From positions 900,001 to 932,000 of the forward strand of contig CP149973.1 of NCBI GenBank assembly GCA_029269845.2: a DNA stretch of 32,000 bases, read 5' to 3'. The notes under the pieces were generated by a model, which was given only the letters and a program-made list of their open reading frames with translations, searched no databases and was not told the DNA's origin. The DNA is from Opitutia bacterium KCR 482. Its GTDB lineage: Bacteria; Verrucomicrobiota; Verrucomicrobiia; Opitutales; Intestinicryptomonadaceae. The first letter of the stretch is position 1; every line of letters starts with the position of its first letter. Below are positions 8,059 to 16,913 of this stretch, in pieces. A program made the position numbers and the translations under genes.

Positions 8059-10883
8059 AGAAAACACTAACTTTATTACTGGCAATATCAATGGCACTAT
8101 CGAACATGGCGGCAAAGCCGATTCTCGAACGCGACAAAAATTTGGAGGTCGAAACCCTGCCCAACGGAATGACGGTTGCGGTATTCAAAAACTCCGAACC
8201 GCCGAACAGGGTTTCCATGCGCCTGCTCGTCAAGCGCGGCTCGGCATACGAAACGGAAGGCGAGCGCGGAATAGCGCACTTCGTGGAGCACATGGCGTTC
8301 AACGGCACAAAACACTTTCCGTCGGGCGACATGGTGGAATATTTCCAGAGGCTGGGAATGGCGTTCGGCGCGGACACAAACGCGCACACGGGGTTCTCGG
8401 AAACGGTCTACAAAATCGACATGCCCGAAGTGTCGAAAAAACTCGTGGACGACGGTCTAACGCTTCTGCGCGACTACTGCGACTCCGTCATGTTCGAGCC
8501 GAAATCCATCGAAAGCGAGCGCGGCGTAATCATAGCCGAAAAGGACTCGCGCGACACCCAGGACTACCGCAAGGCGGTCAAGGAAATCGCCCACACATTC
8601 AAAGGCTCGATTTTCGCCGAAAGAATGCCGATAGGGATTGAAGGCGTAATCAATTCGGTAAAACAGCCCGACTTCAAAAAATTCTACGCCGCAAACTACC
8701 GCCCCGAAAACACGGTGCTCGTAGTGGTTGGCGACATCGACCCGCGCGAAATTTTCGCCGCCGCAAAGCGGATTTTCGCCGACTTCAAGGCGAATCCCGC
8801 CGTGCCCGCCCGCGAGGCGGACTTCGGCAAACTCGAAACCTCTAACGTAAAATTCACTTTCGGCAAAACGCCGCTCGACATCGACGCAATCTACGACTCC
8901 ACGCCCAACACGCCGCGCTCGTACGCGTCGGTCGCCGTGGCAAAACAGCCAGAATCGCGGGAGGATACGCTCGAAAGGCGCGTCGAGGACTTCCGCAGGC
9001 GCGCGCTCGCGGCGACGCTCACGGCGAGATTTTTGAGGGTCGCCGACAGACCCGAATCCAAATTCTCGCAGGGCGGCGCGGGAACATTCCAGTTCGACAA
9101 ATACTGCGACGTTTTCATCGTCAACACAGAAGCCCCCGTCGGCGGCGGATTCGACGCTCTCGAAGAGGGTTTCCGCCAGCTTTTCGGCGCGGAGAAAATC
9201 GGCGGGCAGGAGCTTGAAACCGCAAAGAAAAAGATTTTCGAAAACCTCGAAAGCGAAATCAAGGCCGCGCCCACGCGCAAGAGCCGCAGCCTTGCAAACG
9301 ACATCGTTTCGGCGTTCTCCGACGGCGAAACCACCACGTCGCCCGAAAAGGATTTGGAGATTGCCAAATACGCCCTCGGCGGCTTCGGCGCGGACGACGC
9401 CTCCGCGCTTCTCAAAAACATTTTCGACAACGCAAAAATCAAGGTTTTCGTCTCCGACGCAAAGCCCGAACCCGACGCCGCAAGCCTCGACGCCTCCGTA
9501 AAACGCGCTTTCGAAAACGCGGCAAAATCGACCTACCCCGCGGAAACGTTCGCGGCGGCGTCGCTTGTATTTTCGAAATTCGGGGCGGCGGGGAAAGTCG
9601 CCGAACGGCGCGAAATTAAGGAGCTTGGAATCACGCAGGTGAAGTTTGAAAACGGCGCGAGGCTCAACGTAAAACGCACCGACTTCGCCAAGGACGAAGC
9701 GGCTATGAAAATCTCGTTCGGACGCGGACTGCTCGACATTCCCGCCGACAAGCCCGAATATTTTGCGGCAATCTACGCGCTCGTTGCGGGCGGCACAAAA
9801 TTCCAGACTGTCGGGGAAATCAACGCGGCGAAATTCCCGATGAAAATGTCGCTCGGAATTTCGGTTGACGGAAACGCGTTCGCTTTCGGGGCGAGGTCGT
9901 CGGCAAAGCACTTCCCCGACGCGCTAAGGCTCGCCGCGACAATATTCGCCGACGCGGGCTTCCGCGAAGACGGCCGCGAGGCACTCCTGAAATACGGAGA
10001 GGCCTACTACCTCGACTACCGCACCGACCCGATGTCGAAGCTGCGCTTCCTGCCCGTGCGCATGGTGAAATCGGGGCTGGCGGACGTCCCCGGGGATTTC
10101 GAAAACTTCAAGAAAATCGGAATGGACGAAATCGGAAAATGGTTCGCGCCGATTCTGGAAAAATCGTACGCGGAAATTTCGGTCGTGGGCGACGTCGAGG
10201 TCGAAGCCGTAATTTCGCTCGTGGCGGAAACGTTCGGCGCAATGCCGCCGCGCGAAGCCGACAACCCCGAACCCTACGCAAAACTCGAACTTCTGCCGCC
10301 CGCCGACAAAATCGAAATGCGCTACGAAACGACCGACGAGCCGCGCTCCATTGCGGTTAGAATGTGGCGCAGCGCGGGCAGAACCGACATCGAAAAAATG
10401 CGCGCCGACAACGTGCTCGGCGCGGTGCTCGACGACGTTCTCCGCAAGGACGTGCGCGAGGCGCAGGGCAAAGTGTATAGCCCGTTCGCCTACAACAACG
10501 CAAGCACGTGGATTGACGGCGCGGGACTCATGACGGCGGCGACTTTCGTAGTGCCCAAGTTCAACGCGGAGCTTCTCGAAACGCTCGAAAAATGCGGCAA
10601 AAAAGTCGCGGAGTCAATCACGGAGGACGAATTCGAACGCGCGAAAATCCCGCTGATAAAGGGGGTCGAGGCGAACAAGCGCAAGAACTCGTACTGGCTT
10701 GAAGCCGTGCTCGACCGCTCGCAGTGCCGCCCCGTGAACATCGAGCTTGCAAAGAGCATCGACACGGGCTACGCGGGCGTGTCGCTCGAAACGGTCAGAC
10801 GCCGCGCGAAGGAAATTTTCGGCGAAAGCGCGTACTCGGCAAGCGTAATGCCCGAACGCGTCAAAAAAGAGTTGAAAAAATAG
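8055..10883 (+). CDS. Secreted M16 (pitrilysin/insulinase) family zinc peptidase, two-unit type
   Basis: Signal-like N-terminus [17 protein letters not shown] and an inverted zinc motif [10 protein letters not shown] (HxxEH). At about 940 aa it is consistent with fused active plus inactive M16 halves. The ORF-maximal start at 8010 is rejected because it lies inside the methyltransferase. Confidence 0.88.
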   Translation: MKKTLTLLLAISMALSNMAAKPILERDKNLEVETLPNGMTVAVFKNSEPPNRVSMRLLVKRGSAYETEGERGIAHFVEHMAFNGTKHFPSGDMVEYFQRLGMAFGADTNAHTGFSETVYKIDMPEVSKKLVDDGLTLLRDYCDSVMFEPKSIESERGVIIAEKDSRDTQDYRKAVKEIAHTFKGSIFAERMPIGIEGVINSVKQPDFKKFYAANYRPENTVLVVVGDIDPREIFAAAKRIFADFKANPAVPAREADFGKLETSNVKFTFGKTPLDIDAIYDSTPNTPRSYASVAVAKQPESREDTLERRVEDFRRRALAATLTARFLRVADRPESKFSQGGAGTFQFDKYCDVFIVNTEAPVGGGFDALEEGFRQLFGAEKIGGQELETAKKKIFENLESEIKAAPTRKSRSLANDIVSAFSDGETTTSPEKDLEIAKYALGGFGADDASALLKNIFDNAKIKVFVSDAKPEPDAASLDASVKRAFENAAKSTYPAETFAAASLVFSKFGAAGKVAERREIKELGITQVKFENGARLNVKRTDFAKDEAAMKISFGRGLLDIPADKPEYFAAIYALVAGGTKFQTVGEINAAKFPMKMSLGISVDGNAFAFGARSSAKHFPDALRLAATIFADAGFREDGREALLKYGEAYYLDYRTDPMSKLRFLPVRMVKSGLADVPGDFENFKKIGMDEIGKWFAPILEKSYAEISVVGDVEVEAVISLVAETFGAMPPREADNPEPYAKLELLPPADKIEMRYETTDEPRSIAVRMWRSAGRTDIEKMRADNVLGAVLDDVLRKDVREAQGKVYSPFAYNNASTWIDGAGLMTAATFVVPKFNAELLETLEKCGKKVAESITEDEFERAKIPLIKGVEANKRKNSYWLEAVLDRSQCRPVNIELAKSIDTGYAGVSLETVRRRAKEIFGESAYSASVMPERVKKELKK

Positions 10884-10912
10884 CGCGATTCCGAGATATT
10901 CGAAATTCGAGA

Positions 10913-11626
10913 ATGAATCCAAAATATAAAAGAATCGTACTGAAACTCAGCGGCGAAGCGTTGAAAGACACCGAAAACGGCGACGCGCTCGACCCGAAAA
11001 TCCTCAAAAACCTCGCCCTCGAACTCAAAGAGGTCTACAATATGGGCGTCCAAATCTGCCTTGTGGTGGGCGGCGGCAACATCTTCCGCGGCCTCGCGGG
11101 GGCGAAGTCGGGCGTGGACAGAACAACGGGAGACTACATGGGCATGCTCGCAACCGTAATCAACGGGCTTGCGCTCATGAACGCGCTCGAAAGCGAGGGT
11201 CTGCCCGTGCGCGTGCAGACGGCAATCCCCATGGAAAAAGTTGCCGAGCCTTTTATTTTGAGACGCGCGGTAAGACACCTCGAAAAGGGAAGAATCGTGA
11301 TTTTCGTTGCGGGAACTGGCAACCCCTACTTCTCGACCGACACAACCGCCGCCCTCCGCGCAAGCGAAATCGGCGCGGACTGCATTCTCAAAGCCACAAA
11401 GGTGGACGGCATCTACGACAAAGACCCCAACAAGTTCGCCGACGCCGTGAAATACGAAACGATAGACTATTTGGAGGCAATCGAAAAACGCCTTGCCGTC
11501 ATGGACTCCACCGCGTTCTCGCTTTGCATGGACAACAAAATTCCGATTATCGTCTTCAACATGAACGACGGCGGCAACATCAAGAAAGCCGTCGAGGGCG
11601 ACAAAATCGGCACACTCGTAAAATAA
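10913..11626 (+). CDS. pyrH: UMP kinase
   Basis: [56 protein letters not shown]. The N-terminal extension of the ORF (from 10724) overlaps the M16 gene and is rejected. Confidence 0.95.
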   Translation: MNPKYKRIVLKLSGEALKDTENGDALDPKILKNLALELKEVYNMGVQICLVVGGGNIFRGLAGAKSGVDRTTGDYMGMLATVINGLALMNALESEGLPVRVQTAIPMEKVAEPFILRRAVRHLEKGRIVIFVAGTGNPYFSTDTTAALRASEIGADCILKATKVDGIYDKDPNKFADAVKYETIDYLEAIEKRLAVMDSTAFSLCMDNKIPIIVFNMNDGGNIKKAVEGDKIGTLVK

Positions 11627-11645
11627 CAAAACAAAAGGAAAATAC

Positions 11646-12206
11646 ATGGACATATCGGCTGAATTAAAGAAGACGGGAGACGCAATGTCGAAAGCCGTTG
11701 ACCACGTCGAACACGAATTCGAAACGGTGCACACGGGCAAGGCAAACCCCGGAATGGTCGAAAACGTCATGGTGGAAGCCTACGGAACGTCCTCGCGACT
11801 GCGCGACATCGCGGCAATCACCACTCCCGACAGCTCCACTATCCGCGTGCAGCCGTGGGACAAAAGCATTCTCAAAGACGTGGAAAAGGCGATTCTTGCC
11901 GCGAACATCGGCTTCACGCCCGCGGTCATGGGCGACGCCGTCCGCTGCCCCATTCCCGCGCTTTCGGGCGAACGCCGCGCGGAACTCGCAAAAATCTGCC
12001 ACGAAATGGCGGAGCTCGGCAGGGTTAGAATCCGCACAATCCGCAGGGAAACGCTCGACGCCGCGAAAAAGATGAAGTCGGCTGGCGCGGCTACGGAGGA
12101 CGACCTCAAAAAATTCGAAAAGGAAGTCCAGAACCTCACCGACAAATTCATAGCCCTCATCAACAAAAGCCTCGAAGCAAAAGAGGCCGACCTTAAAAAA
12201 GTCTAA
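11646..12206 (+). CDS. frr: Ribosome recycling factor
   Basis: 186 aa, located next to pyrH. RRF-like sequence (..TVHTGKANPGMVENVMVEAYG..IRVQPWDKS..IRRE..). Confidence 0.95.
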   Translation: MDISAELKKTGDAMSKAVDHVEHEFETVHTGKANPGMVENVMVEAYGTSSRLRDIAAITTPDSSTIRVQPWDKSILKDVEKAILAANIGFTPAVMGDAVRCPIPALSGERRAELAKICHEMAELGRVRIRTIRRETLDAAKKMKSAGAATEDDLKKFEKEVQNLTDKFIALINKSLEAKEADLKKV

Positions 12207-12212
12207 AACAAA

Positions 12213-13307
12213 ATGTCCACCGATTGCGCAAAGCGCGTCATCGTGAAACTCGGCACGGGGGTGCTTACCTCCGGCGTCGGGCAGCTCGACACGCGGAAGA
12301 TGGAATCCGTCTGCAAGCAGATTGCCGACGCAAAAAAACGCGGCTACGAAATCGTGCTCGTAAGTTCGGGCGCGGTCGGGCTGGGCATGGGGAAACTCGG
12401 TCTGAAAACCCGCCCCAAACAGATTTCGGCGGTGCAGGAATGCGCGGCGGTCGGACAGGGAATCCTGATTCAGACTTGGGGCGAACTCTTCGCGCCGTTC
12501 GGAATCACCGTGGCGCAGATTCTGCTCACGCGCGACGACGTCGATGTGCTCGAACGCCACAAGTCGCTGCGCGGGTTGATAGACAGGCTCCTCGCCGACG
12601 GCATAGTGCCGATTATCAACGAAAACGACTGCATCAGCGCGGCGGGGCTTTACATTAAATTCGGCGACAACGACGTGCTCAGCGCGCTCGTCGCCACGCT
12701 CTCGAAGGCGGACAAACTCCTGATTCTTTCGACGGCAATCGGGCTTATCGACATGAAGGGAACGGGCAAAGTGGTGCCCGTGGTCGAGAGGATAACCTCG
12801 AAAATCCGTGAAATGGCAAGCGGCACGACGAGCGCGACGGCGGTCGGCGGCATGATTACGAAAATCAGGGCGGCGGAAATCGCCACAAGCAGCGGCTGCG
12901 ACGTCTACATAGCAAGCGGTAGCGAGGAAAACATCGTGGGGAAAATCCTCGGCGGCGCGGAGGTCGGTACGCTCTTCCGCGCGCATTCGAACTCGGTAAG
13001 CTCAAAAAAACGCTGGCTTGCGCACTTCGGCAGGACGATAGGCAAAATCTTCGTGGATTCGGGCGCGGTCGCCGCGCTGCGCGGCAGGGGAAGCTCGCTG
13101 CTGCCCGCGGGAATCAAAAGGATTTCGGGCGACTTCAAATGCGGAGATCTCGTGGAAATAGCCGACGAAAAAACGGGCGAGATCGTCGCCCGCGGCCTCG
13201 CCGAAAAGAGCGCGCGGACAATCAAAAAACTGCTCTCCGAAGATTCGCACAAAAAATGCGGACACAAGGACGTCGCAGTCCACCGCGACAATCTGGCAAT
13301 AGTCTAA
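12213..13307 (+). CDS. proB: Glutamate 5-kinase (with C-terminal PUA domain)
   Basis: VIVKLGTGVLT..VLVSSGAVGLG..INENDCIS..FGDNDVLSALVA, plus a C-terminal PUA-like region (IFVDSGAVAAL..GDLVEI). Confidence 0.92.
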   Translation: MSTDCAKRVIVKLGTGVLTSGVGQLDTRKMESVCKQIADAKKRGYEIVLVSSGAVGLGMGKLGLKTRPKQISAVQECAAVGQGILIQTWGELFAPFGITVAQILLTRDDVDVLERHKSLRGLIDRLLADGIVPIINENDCISAAGLYIKFGDNDVLSALVATLSKADKLLILSTAIGLIDMKGTGKVVPVVERITSKIREMASGTTSATAVGGMITKIRAAEIATSSGCDVYIASGSEENIVGKILGGAEVGTLFRAHSNSVSSKKRWLAHFGRTIGKIFVDSGAVAALRGRGSSLLPAGIKRISGDFKCGDLVEIADEKTGEIVARGLAEKSARTIKKLLSEDSHKKCGHKDVAVHRDNLAIV

Positions 13308-13308
13308 A

Positions 13309-13911
13309 ATGGCGGGATACATCAAACTTTCGCGCGACTGCCCCGCAATGCTCATTCCGTCGGGAATGAAGGTGTTGCTCATGGGCGGTTGCGAAGTCAT
13401 AATAACCCACAAGCTCGCGGGAACGTTCACGGTGCTCGGCAACTTCGGAATGGCGCGTATCGACGGCGAAAACGCCGACGCGCTCGGACTCGAAAGCCCG
13501 AAAGCCGACAATCCGGCAGGCGCGGCAAAGCTCTCCGCGTGCGCAACGGCGTCGCAAATAGCCGACGAGCGCAAAACGCCCGCAGAACAGCCCGGACACG
13601 TCTCGGAAGACGACGCATGGGAGGTCGCAAAAACCGTCTACGACCCCGAAATACCCGTGAATATCGTAGACTTGGGGCTGGTTTACAGGCTCGAAGTCTT
13701 CGACGACGGCGGCGGCAAGCGGCGGGTCGAAGCCGACATGACGCTCACCGCCCCCGGCTGCTCGATGGGCCCTGCAATCGCGGAGGACTTGCGCTGCCGC
13801 ATAGAGGCGTTGCCGTCGGTGTCGGAGGCGAAAGTCAACATAGTCTGGGACCCTCCGTGGAACAAGGACATGATGAGCGAGGAAGCCCGCATGATTTTGG
13901 GCTTGGCATAA
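13309..13911 (+). CDS. sufT: Putative Fe-S cluster assembly protein SufT (DUF59/MIP18 family)
   Basis: C-terminal DUF59 signature VYDPEIPVNIVDLGLVY..TLTAPGCSMG, with a SufT-type N-terminal domain (LSRDCPAMLIPSG..). Confidence 0.7.
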   Translation: MAGYIKLSRDCPAMLIPSGMKVLLMGGCEVIITHKLAGTFTVLGNFGMARIDGENADALGLESPKADNPAGAAKLSACATASQIADERKTPAEQPGHVSEDDAWEVAKTVYDPEIPVNIVDLGLVYRLEVFDDGGGKRRVEADMTLTAPGCSMGPAIAEDLRCRIEALPSVSEAKVNIVWDPPWNKDMMSEEARMILGLA

Positions 13912-13952
13912 GCCGCGGACACGCTAACATACAACAAAAAAACAGGCATTTT

Positions 13953-14837
13953 ATGAAGATTCCGAAAATTCCGTTCCTCCTCGCCGCGCTCGCGGCGGCT
14001 CTCGACGCGCACGCGCTTGTCGTCGCGGGAAGCGATTTGATGAAGCAGGTCGTCGGCGACGAAATCAAGGCGATAGCCGCAAAGAACAACATTCAGGCGG
14101 ACATAAAAATGGAGGGCAGCTACGCGGCAATCGACGCTGTCTCCAACGGAAAGGCGGACTTGGCGGTAATCGCAGTCCCGCGCGGGACAAAACTGCCCGC
14201 CGACTTCGTAGCACTCCCGATTGCGTATCAGGCTGCGTTGGTTGCGGTAAATTCGGTAAACCCGATAGAGGAAATCTCCACAAAACAGCTTTTCGAAATC
14301 TACTCGATGGGCGCGACCGCGCACGCCGAAACTTGGGAACAGGTGGGCGTGAAAAACATCGGGCTTCGCAACATCATGCCGATTACGACAAGCCTTTCCG
14401 ACAACGTCGTGGTGGAGCTTTTCAAGTACGAGGCGATAGACGGAACGAACCTCGGCTCGTGGGTGCACGTCGCAAAGAACGCGGCGGAAATCGGAAACCT
14501 GCTGAGGGGAAACAACTCGGCAATCGCGGTAATCGGCAAATTCGAGGGGCGCGACGGCAACCTGATAAAAATCTTGCCCGTCTCGAAAGCCGACAAAGAT
14601 TCTGGCAAATTTTACGCGTTCAAGCCCGACAGGGAAAACATCGCAAACGGAGACTACCCGCTTACACTGCCGTTTTGCATAGTCTACAAGAAGTCGAACG
14701 CCGAAAAAATCAAGGCTCTTGCAAAAATTCTGCTCGGTGATGATATTGCAAATAAGATAGATAAGTCTGACTTCTACTCCGCGCCCGTAAATTCGAGAAA
14801 AAAATCAATTTTTAACCTTGACATTCCGCAACAATAA
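13953..14837 (+). CDS. Periplasmic substrate-binding protein, PstS-like (PBP_like_2)
   Basis: Signal peptide MKIPKIPFLLAALAAALDAHA. Type-2 PBP pattern (GS..G.ADLAVI..PIAYQALVAVNSVNP..ISTKQL..I). The ORF-maximal start at 13389 overlaps sufT out of frame and is rejected. Confidence 0.75.
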   Translation: MKIPKIPFLLAALAAALDAHALVVAGSDLMKQVVGDEIKAIAAKNNIQADIKMEGSYAAIDAVSNGKADLAVIAVPRGTKLPADFVALPIAYQAALVAVNSVNPIEEISTKQLFEIYSMGATAHAETWEQVGVKNIGLRNIMPITTSLSDNVVVELFKYEAIDGTNLGSWVHVAKNAAEIGNLLRGNNSAIAVIGKFEGRDGNLIKILPVSKADKDSGKFYAFKPDRENIANGDYPLTLPFCIVYKKSNAEKIKALAKILLGDDIANKIDKSDFYSAPVNSRKKSIFNLDIPQQ

Positions 14838-14866
14838 GGCACTATCGGAAGCATAATAAATTTTAC

Positions 14867-14942
14867 GCGGGCATAGCTCAATTGGCAGAGCGCGACCTTG
14901 CCAAGGTTGAGGTTGTGAGTTCGAACCTCATTGCCCGCTCCA
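14867..14942 (+). tRNA. tRNA-Gly (anticodon GCC), CCA encoded
   Basis: GCGGGCATAGCTCAATTGGCAGAGCGCGACCTTGCCAAGGTTGAGGTTGTGAGTTCGAACCTCATTGCCCGCTCCA. Acceptor stem GCGGGCA/TGCCCGC, anticodon loop TTGCCAA, T-loop GTTCGAA. Confidence 0.95.
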
Positions 14943-14946
14943 TTTA

Positions 14947-14987
14947 AAAGCCGCAAGTCGGAATTCCGACTTGCGGCTTTCCTTTTT
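14947..14987 (+). terminator. Rho-independent terminator after tRNA-Gly
   Basis: 14-bp stem aagccgcaagtcgg / ccgacttgcggctt with loop aatt, followed by the T-rich tcctttttcc. Confidence 0.8.
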
Positions 14988-15160
14988 CCGAAATCGGGCG
15001 ATATTCTATGCGCCGAACACTCTCCTCACGCCCAGAAGCCCGCATAACGCGCAAGTCGCGCGGCGGCACATTCAAAATGCCACGCCCCTGCCGCAAAAGA
15101 CGCAAAACCGCCAAAACAGCTTGACCGCCCGCCGACTAGCGGCAGAATAGCTGCATAAAA

Positions 15161-15586
15161 ATGACAACCCGCAACAAAAATATCCTGTATTTTCTCTACC
15201 CCGCAACATACGTTCCGCTGGCGCTTGCGGGCACGTTCTACGCGAAGGCGGATTTCTCCAACCCGCTCTACATTCTCTACGCGCTGCTTCCGCTTGCGGT
15301 CTCGGCGATAATTTCGGCGTGCGCAGCGGTTTCGTGCGAAAAATTTGCGGCAAAGAAATTCGCAAACAACTGCACGCTGGCGCGCTTCGCTGTGCTTTCG
15401 TTCGCGACGTACGTTGCGTGCCTTTGCGTTGCAAGCATCATAACGCTTGCTATCCGCGGCAGAACCGACCTTCCGCTTATCCTCGGCGCGTGGACGGTGC
15501 TGCTTACGATTTTCAGCGTCTACCTCTTTTGCTGGCTCTACGCGGTCTACCGCATTTTCTACAAAGACAACCCCGACTTCCTTTAA
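15161..15586 (+). CDS. Hypothetical integral membrane protein (about 4 TM segments)
   Basis: 141 aa with four hydrophobic stretches and genome-typical GC3 codon usage. TTGACC (15121-15126) lies upstream. No family recognised. Confidence 0.65.
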   Translation: MTTRNKNILYFLYPATYVPLALAGTFYAKADFSNPLYILYALLPLAVSAIISACAAVSCEKFAAKKFANNCTLARFAVLSFATYVACLCVASIITLAIRGRTDLPLILGAWTVLLTIFSVYLFCWLYAVYRIFYKDNPDFL

Positions 15587-15603
15587 CCACCTCCCGAAAA
15601 AAG

Positions 15604-15638
15604 CAAAAAGCGCGGGCAGAAAAATCCGCGCTCTTTTT
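15604..15638. terminator. Bidirectional terminator between convergent genes
   Basis: Stem gcgcgg (15610-15615) / ccgcgc (15626-15631), flanked by an A-run on the left and tcttttt on the right. Confidence 0.6.
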
Positions 15639-15654
15639 ATAAATGCCGGCTAAA

Positions 15655-16779
15655 CTACTCGATGCCGAGAGCCTTTTTGAGCGTCGGCAGGGAATTCTTG
15701 AACATCAGATAAAAACCGAGGTCGTTGGGGTGGCAGTTATCGACGGTGAGGTATGAGTAGTCCGCCCCGCTAAAAAGCGTTTTTCCGTCTATAAACCAGA
15801 CTTTTTTGTCGCCCGCCTTGACGGCGTTTTCGTAGGTCGCGCGGACGACGGCGTCGCGCTCTGGCGTTGCGTGGGTAATCTTGCCCAAGATGATTATCGG
15901 GAGGTCGGGGCGCGCATTTCTGACCGCCTTGAAGAACGGCTCGTGGGTCTTTTTGAGGTGCTCGAAATTCGGCGCGTTGTAGTCGTAGTCCATGACGAAC
16001 GCGGCGAGGTCTAGCGAGCCGATAAGCTCGGCAACTTTTATTTCGCCCTTTGCGTTGCCCGAAAAGCCGAGGTTAATCAGCGGAGCGTCAACCGCGCGGC
16101 AGAGCATTGCCGTGTACGCGTTCGACGTTCTTGAAGCGCACGCGCCCTGCGTAATCGACGAGCCGTAGAAAAGGACGGGCTTTTTTATTTTGTGCGGAGT
16201 GGGCGCTTCAAGCTTGGCGTCGGGCGCAAGCCCGATTTCGAGCGAATCGACGCCGTTGTAGAGCGGCATGTAGAGGGTGTAGTCGCGCATTTTTTTTGCG
16301 CCGCCCTTTACAAGCGGGACTTCGAGCGGCACGGGAATCGACTTCTTGTAATGCGCGGGATTCACCGTTTTGACATACTCGTTGCCGTCGCGGAAAAGGT
16401 CGAAGCCCGACGAACCCGTTTCGGGCATGTGCCCCATGCTCTCGTTCGGGTTGGAAATTTTCGCCCTCAGCGTGATGTACGGCGAATCAGTGCGGAAGCG
16501 CACGACGCCGCCCGACGTGTGTTTCGCCAAAGCCATTCGCGCCCCCCTGTTGATGTCTTCGGGCTTGATGTTATGCGGAAGCCTGTAAAGGGGTTTGCCC
16601 TTTTCGAACCACGGAAAGCCCTCCAAGACAAAAGGCGCGGAAAGCGCGTCGCGGTAGACGACATTCAGTCCGTCGCATTTCTCGACGGCGAAATTTTTAT
16701 CGACGCTCGCGATGTCCTGCGCGAATGCGGACACCGACAAAGCCGAAACCAAAACCATTGCCGAAAATATTTTTAACAT
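15655..16779 (-). CDS. Secreted SGNH/GDSL-type hydrolase (carbohydrate esterase-like) with N-terminal beta-sandwich domain
   Basis: Signal peptide MLKIFSAMVLVSALSVSAFA. SGNH block I VLFYGSSITQG, and a C-terminal DNCHPND (Asp/His block V-like). Confidence 0.8.
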   Translation of the reverse strand: MLKIFSAMVLVSALSVSAFAQDIASVDKNFAVEKCDGLNVVYRDALSAPFVLEGFPWFEKGKPLYRLPHNIKPEDINRGARMALAKHTSGGVVRFRTDSPYITLRAKISNPNESMGHMPETGSSGFDLFRDGNEYVKTVNPAHYKKSIPVPLEVPLVKGGAKKMRDYTLYMPLYNGVDSLEIGLAPDAKLEAPTPHKIKKPVLFYGSSITQGACASRTSNAYTAMLCRAVDAPLINLGFSGNAKGEIKVAELIGSLDLAAFVMDYDYNAPNFEHLKKTHEPFFKAVRNARPDLPIIILGKITHATPERDAVVRATYENAVKAGDKKVWFIDGKTLFSGADYSYLTVDNCHPNDLGFYLMFKNSLPTLKKALGIE

Positions 16780-16785
16780 GCAATA

Positions 16786-16814
16786 TTTTTAAAATTCGGC
16801 GTCCCTGCCGGCAA
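16786..16814 (-). promoter_or_regulatory. Sigma70-like promoter TTGCCG-17-TAAAAA, 6 nt upstream of the ATG (leaderless candidate)
   Basis: The minus strand reads cTTGCCGgcagggacgccgaatttTAAAAAtattgcATG. It sits directly after the upstream terminator, and there is no SD. Confidence 0.4.
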
Positions 16815-16815
16815 G

Positions 16816-16851
16816 AAAAAAAACGCCCGAACCGCAAACGGGTTTCGGGCG
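16816..16851 (-). terminator. Rho-independent terminator of the 16914-18695 gene
   Basis: Stem cgcccgaa (16824-16831) / ttcgggcg (16844-16851), with an A8 run at 16816-23 on + (a T-run on the minus strand). Confidence 0.7.
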
Positions 16852-16913
16852 TTTTCCGAGCCGCCGAACACGCAATATATTGCAACGGCGGCGCAAACGG
16901 GCGGCACGCGCAA

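Noticed and set aside
16872-16883. A 12-bp perfect palindrome, gcaatatattgc, downstream of the 593-aa gene.
   Set aside because: It lies between a stop codon and that gene's terminator, not in a promoter region. It is an AT-rich palindrome with no second copy seen, and is probably incidental.
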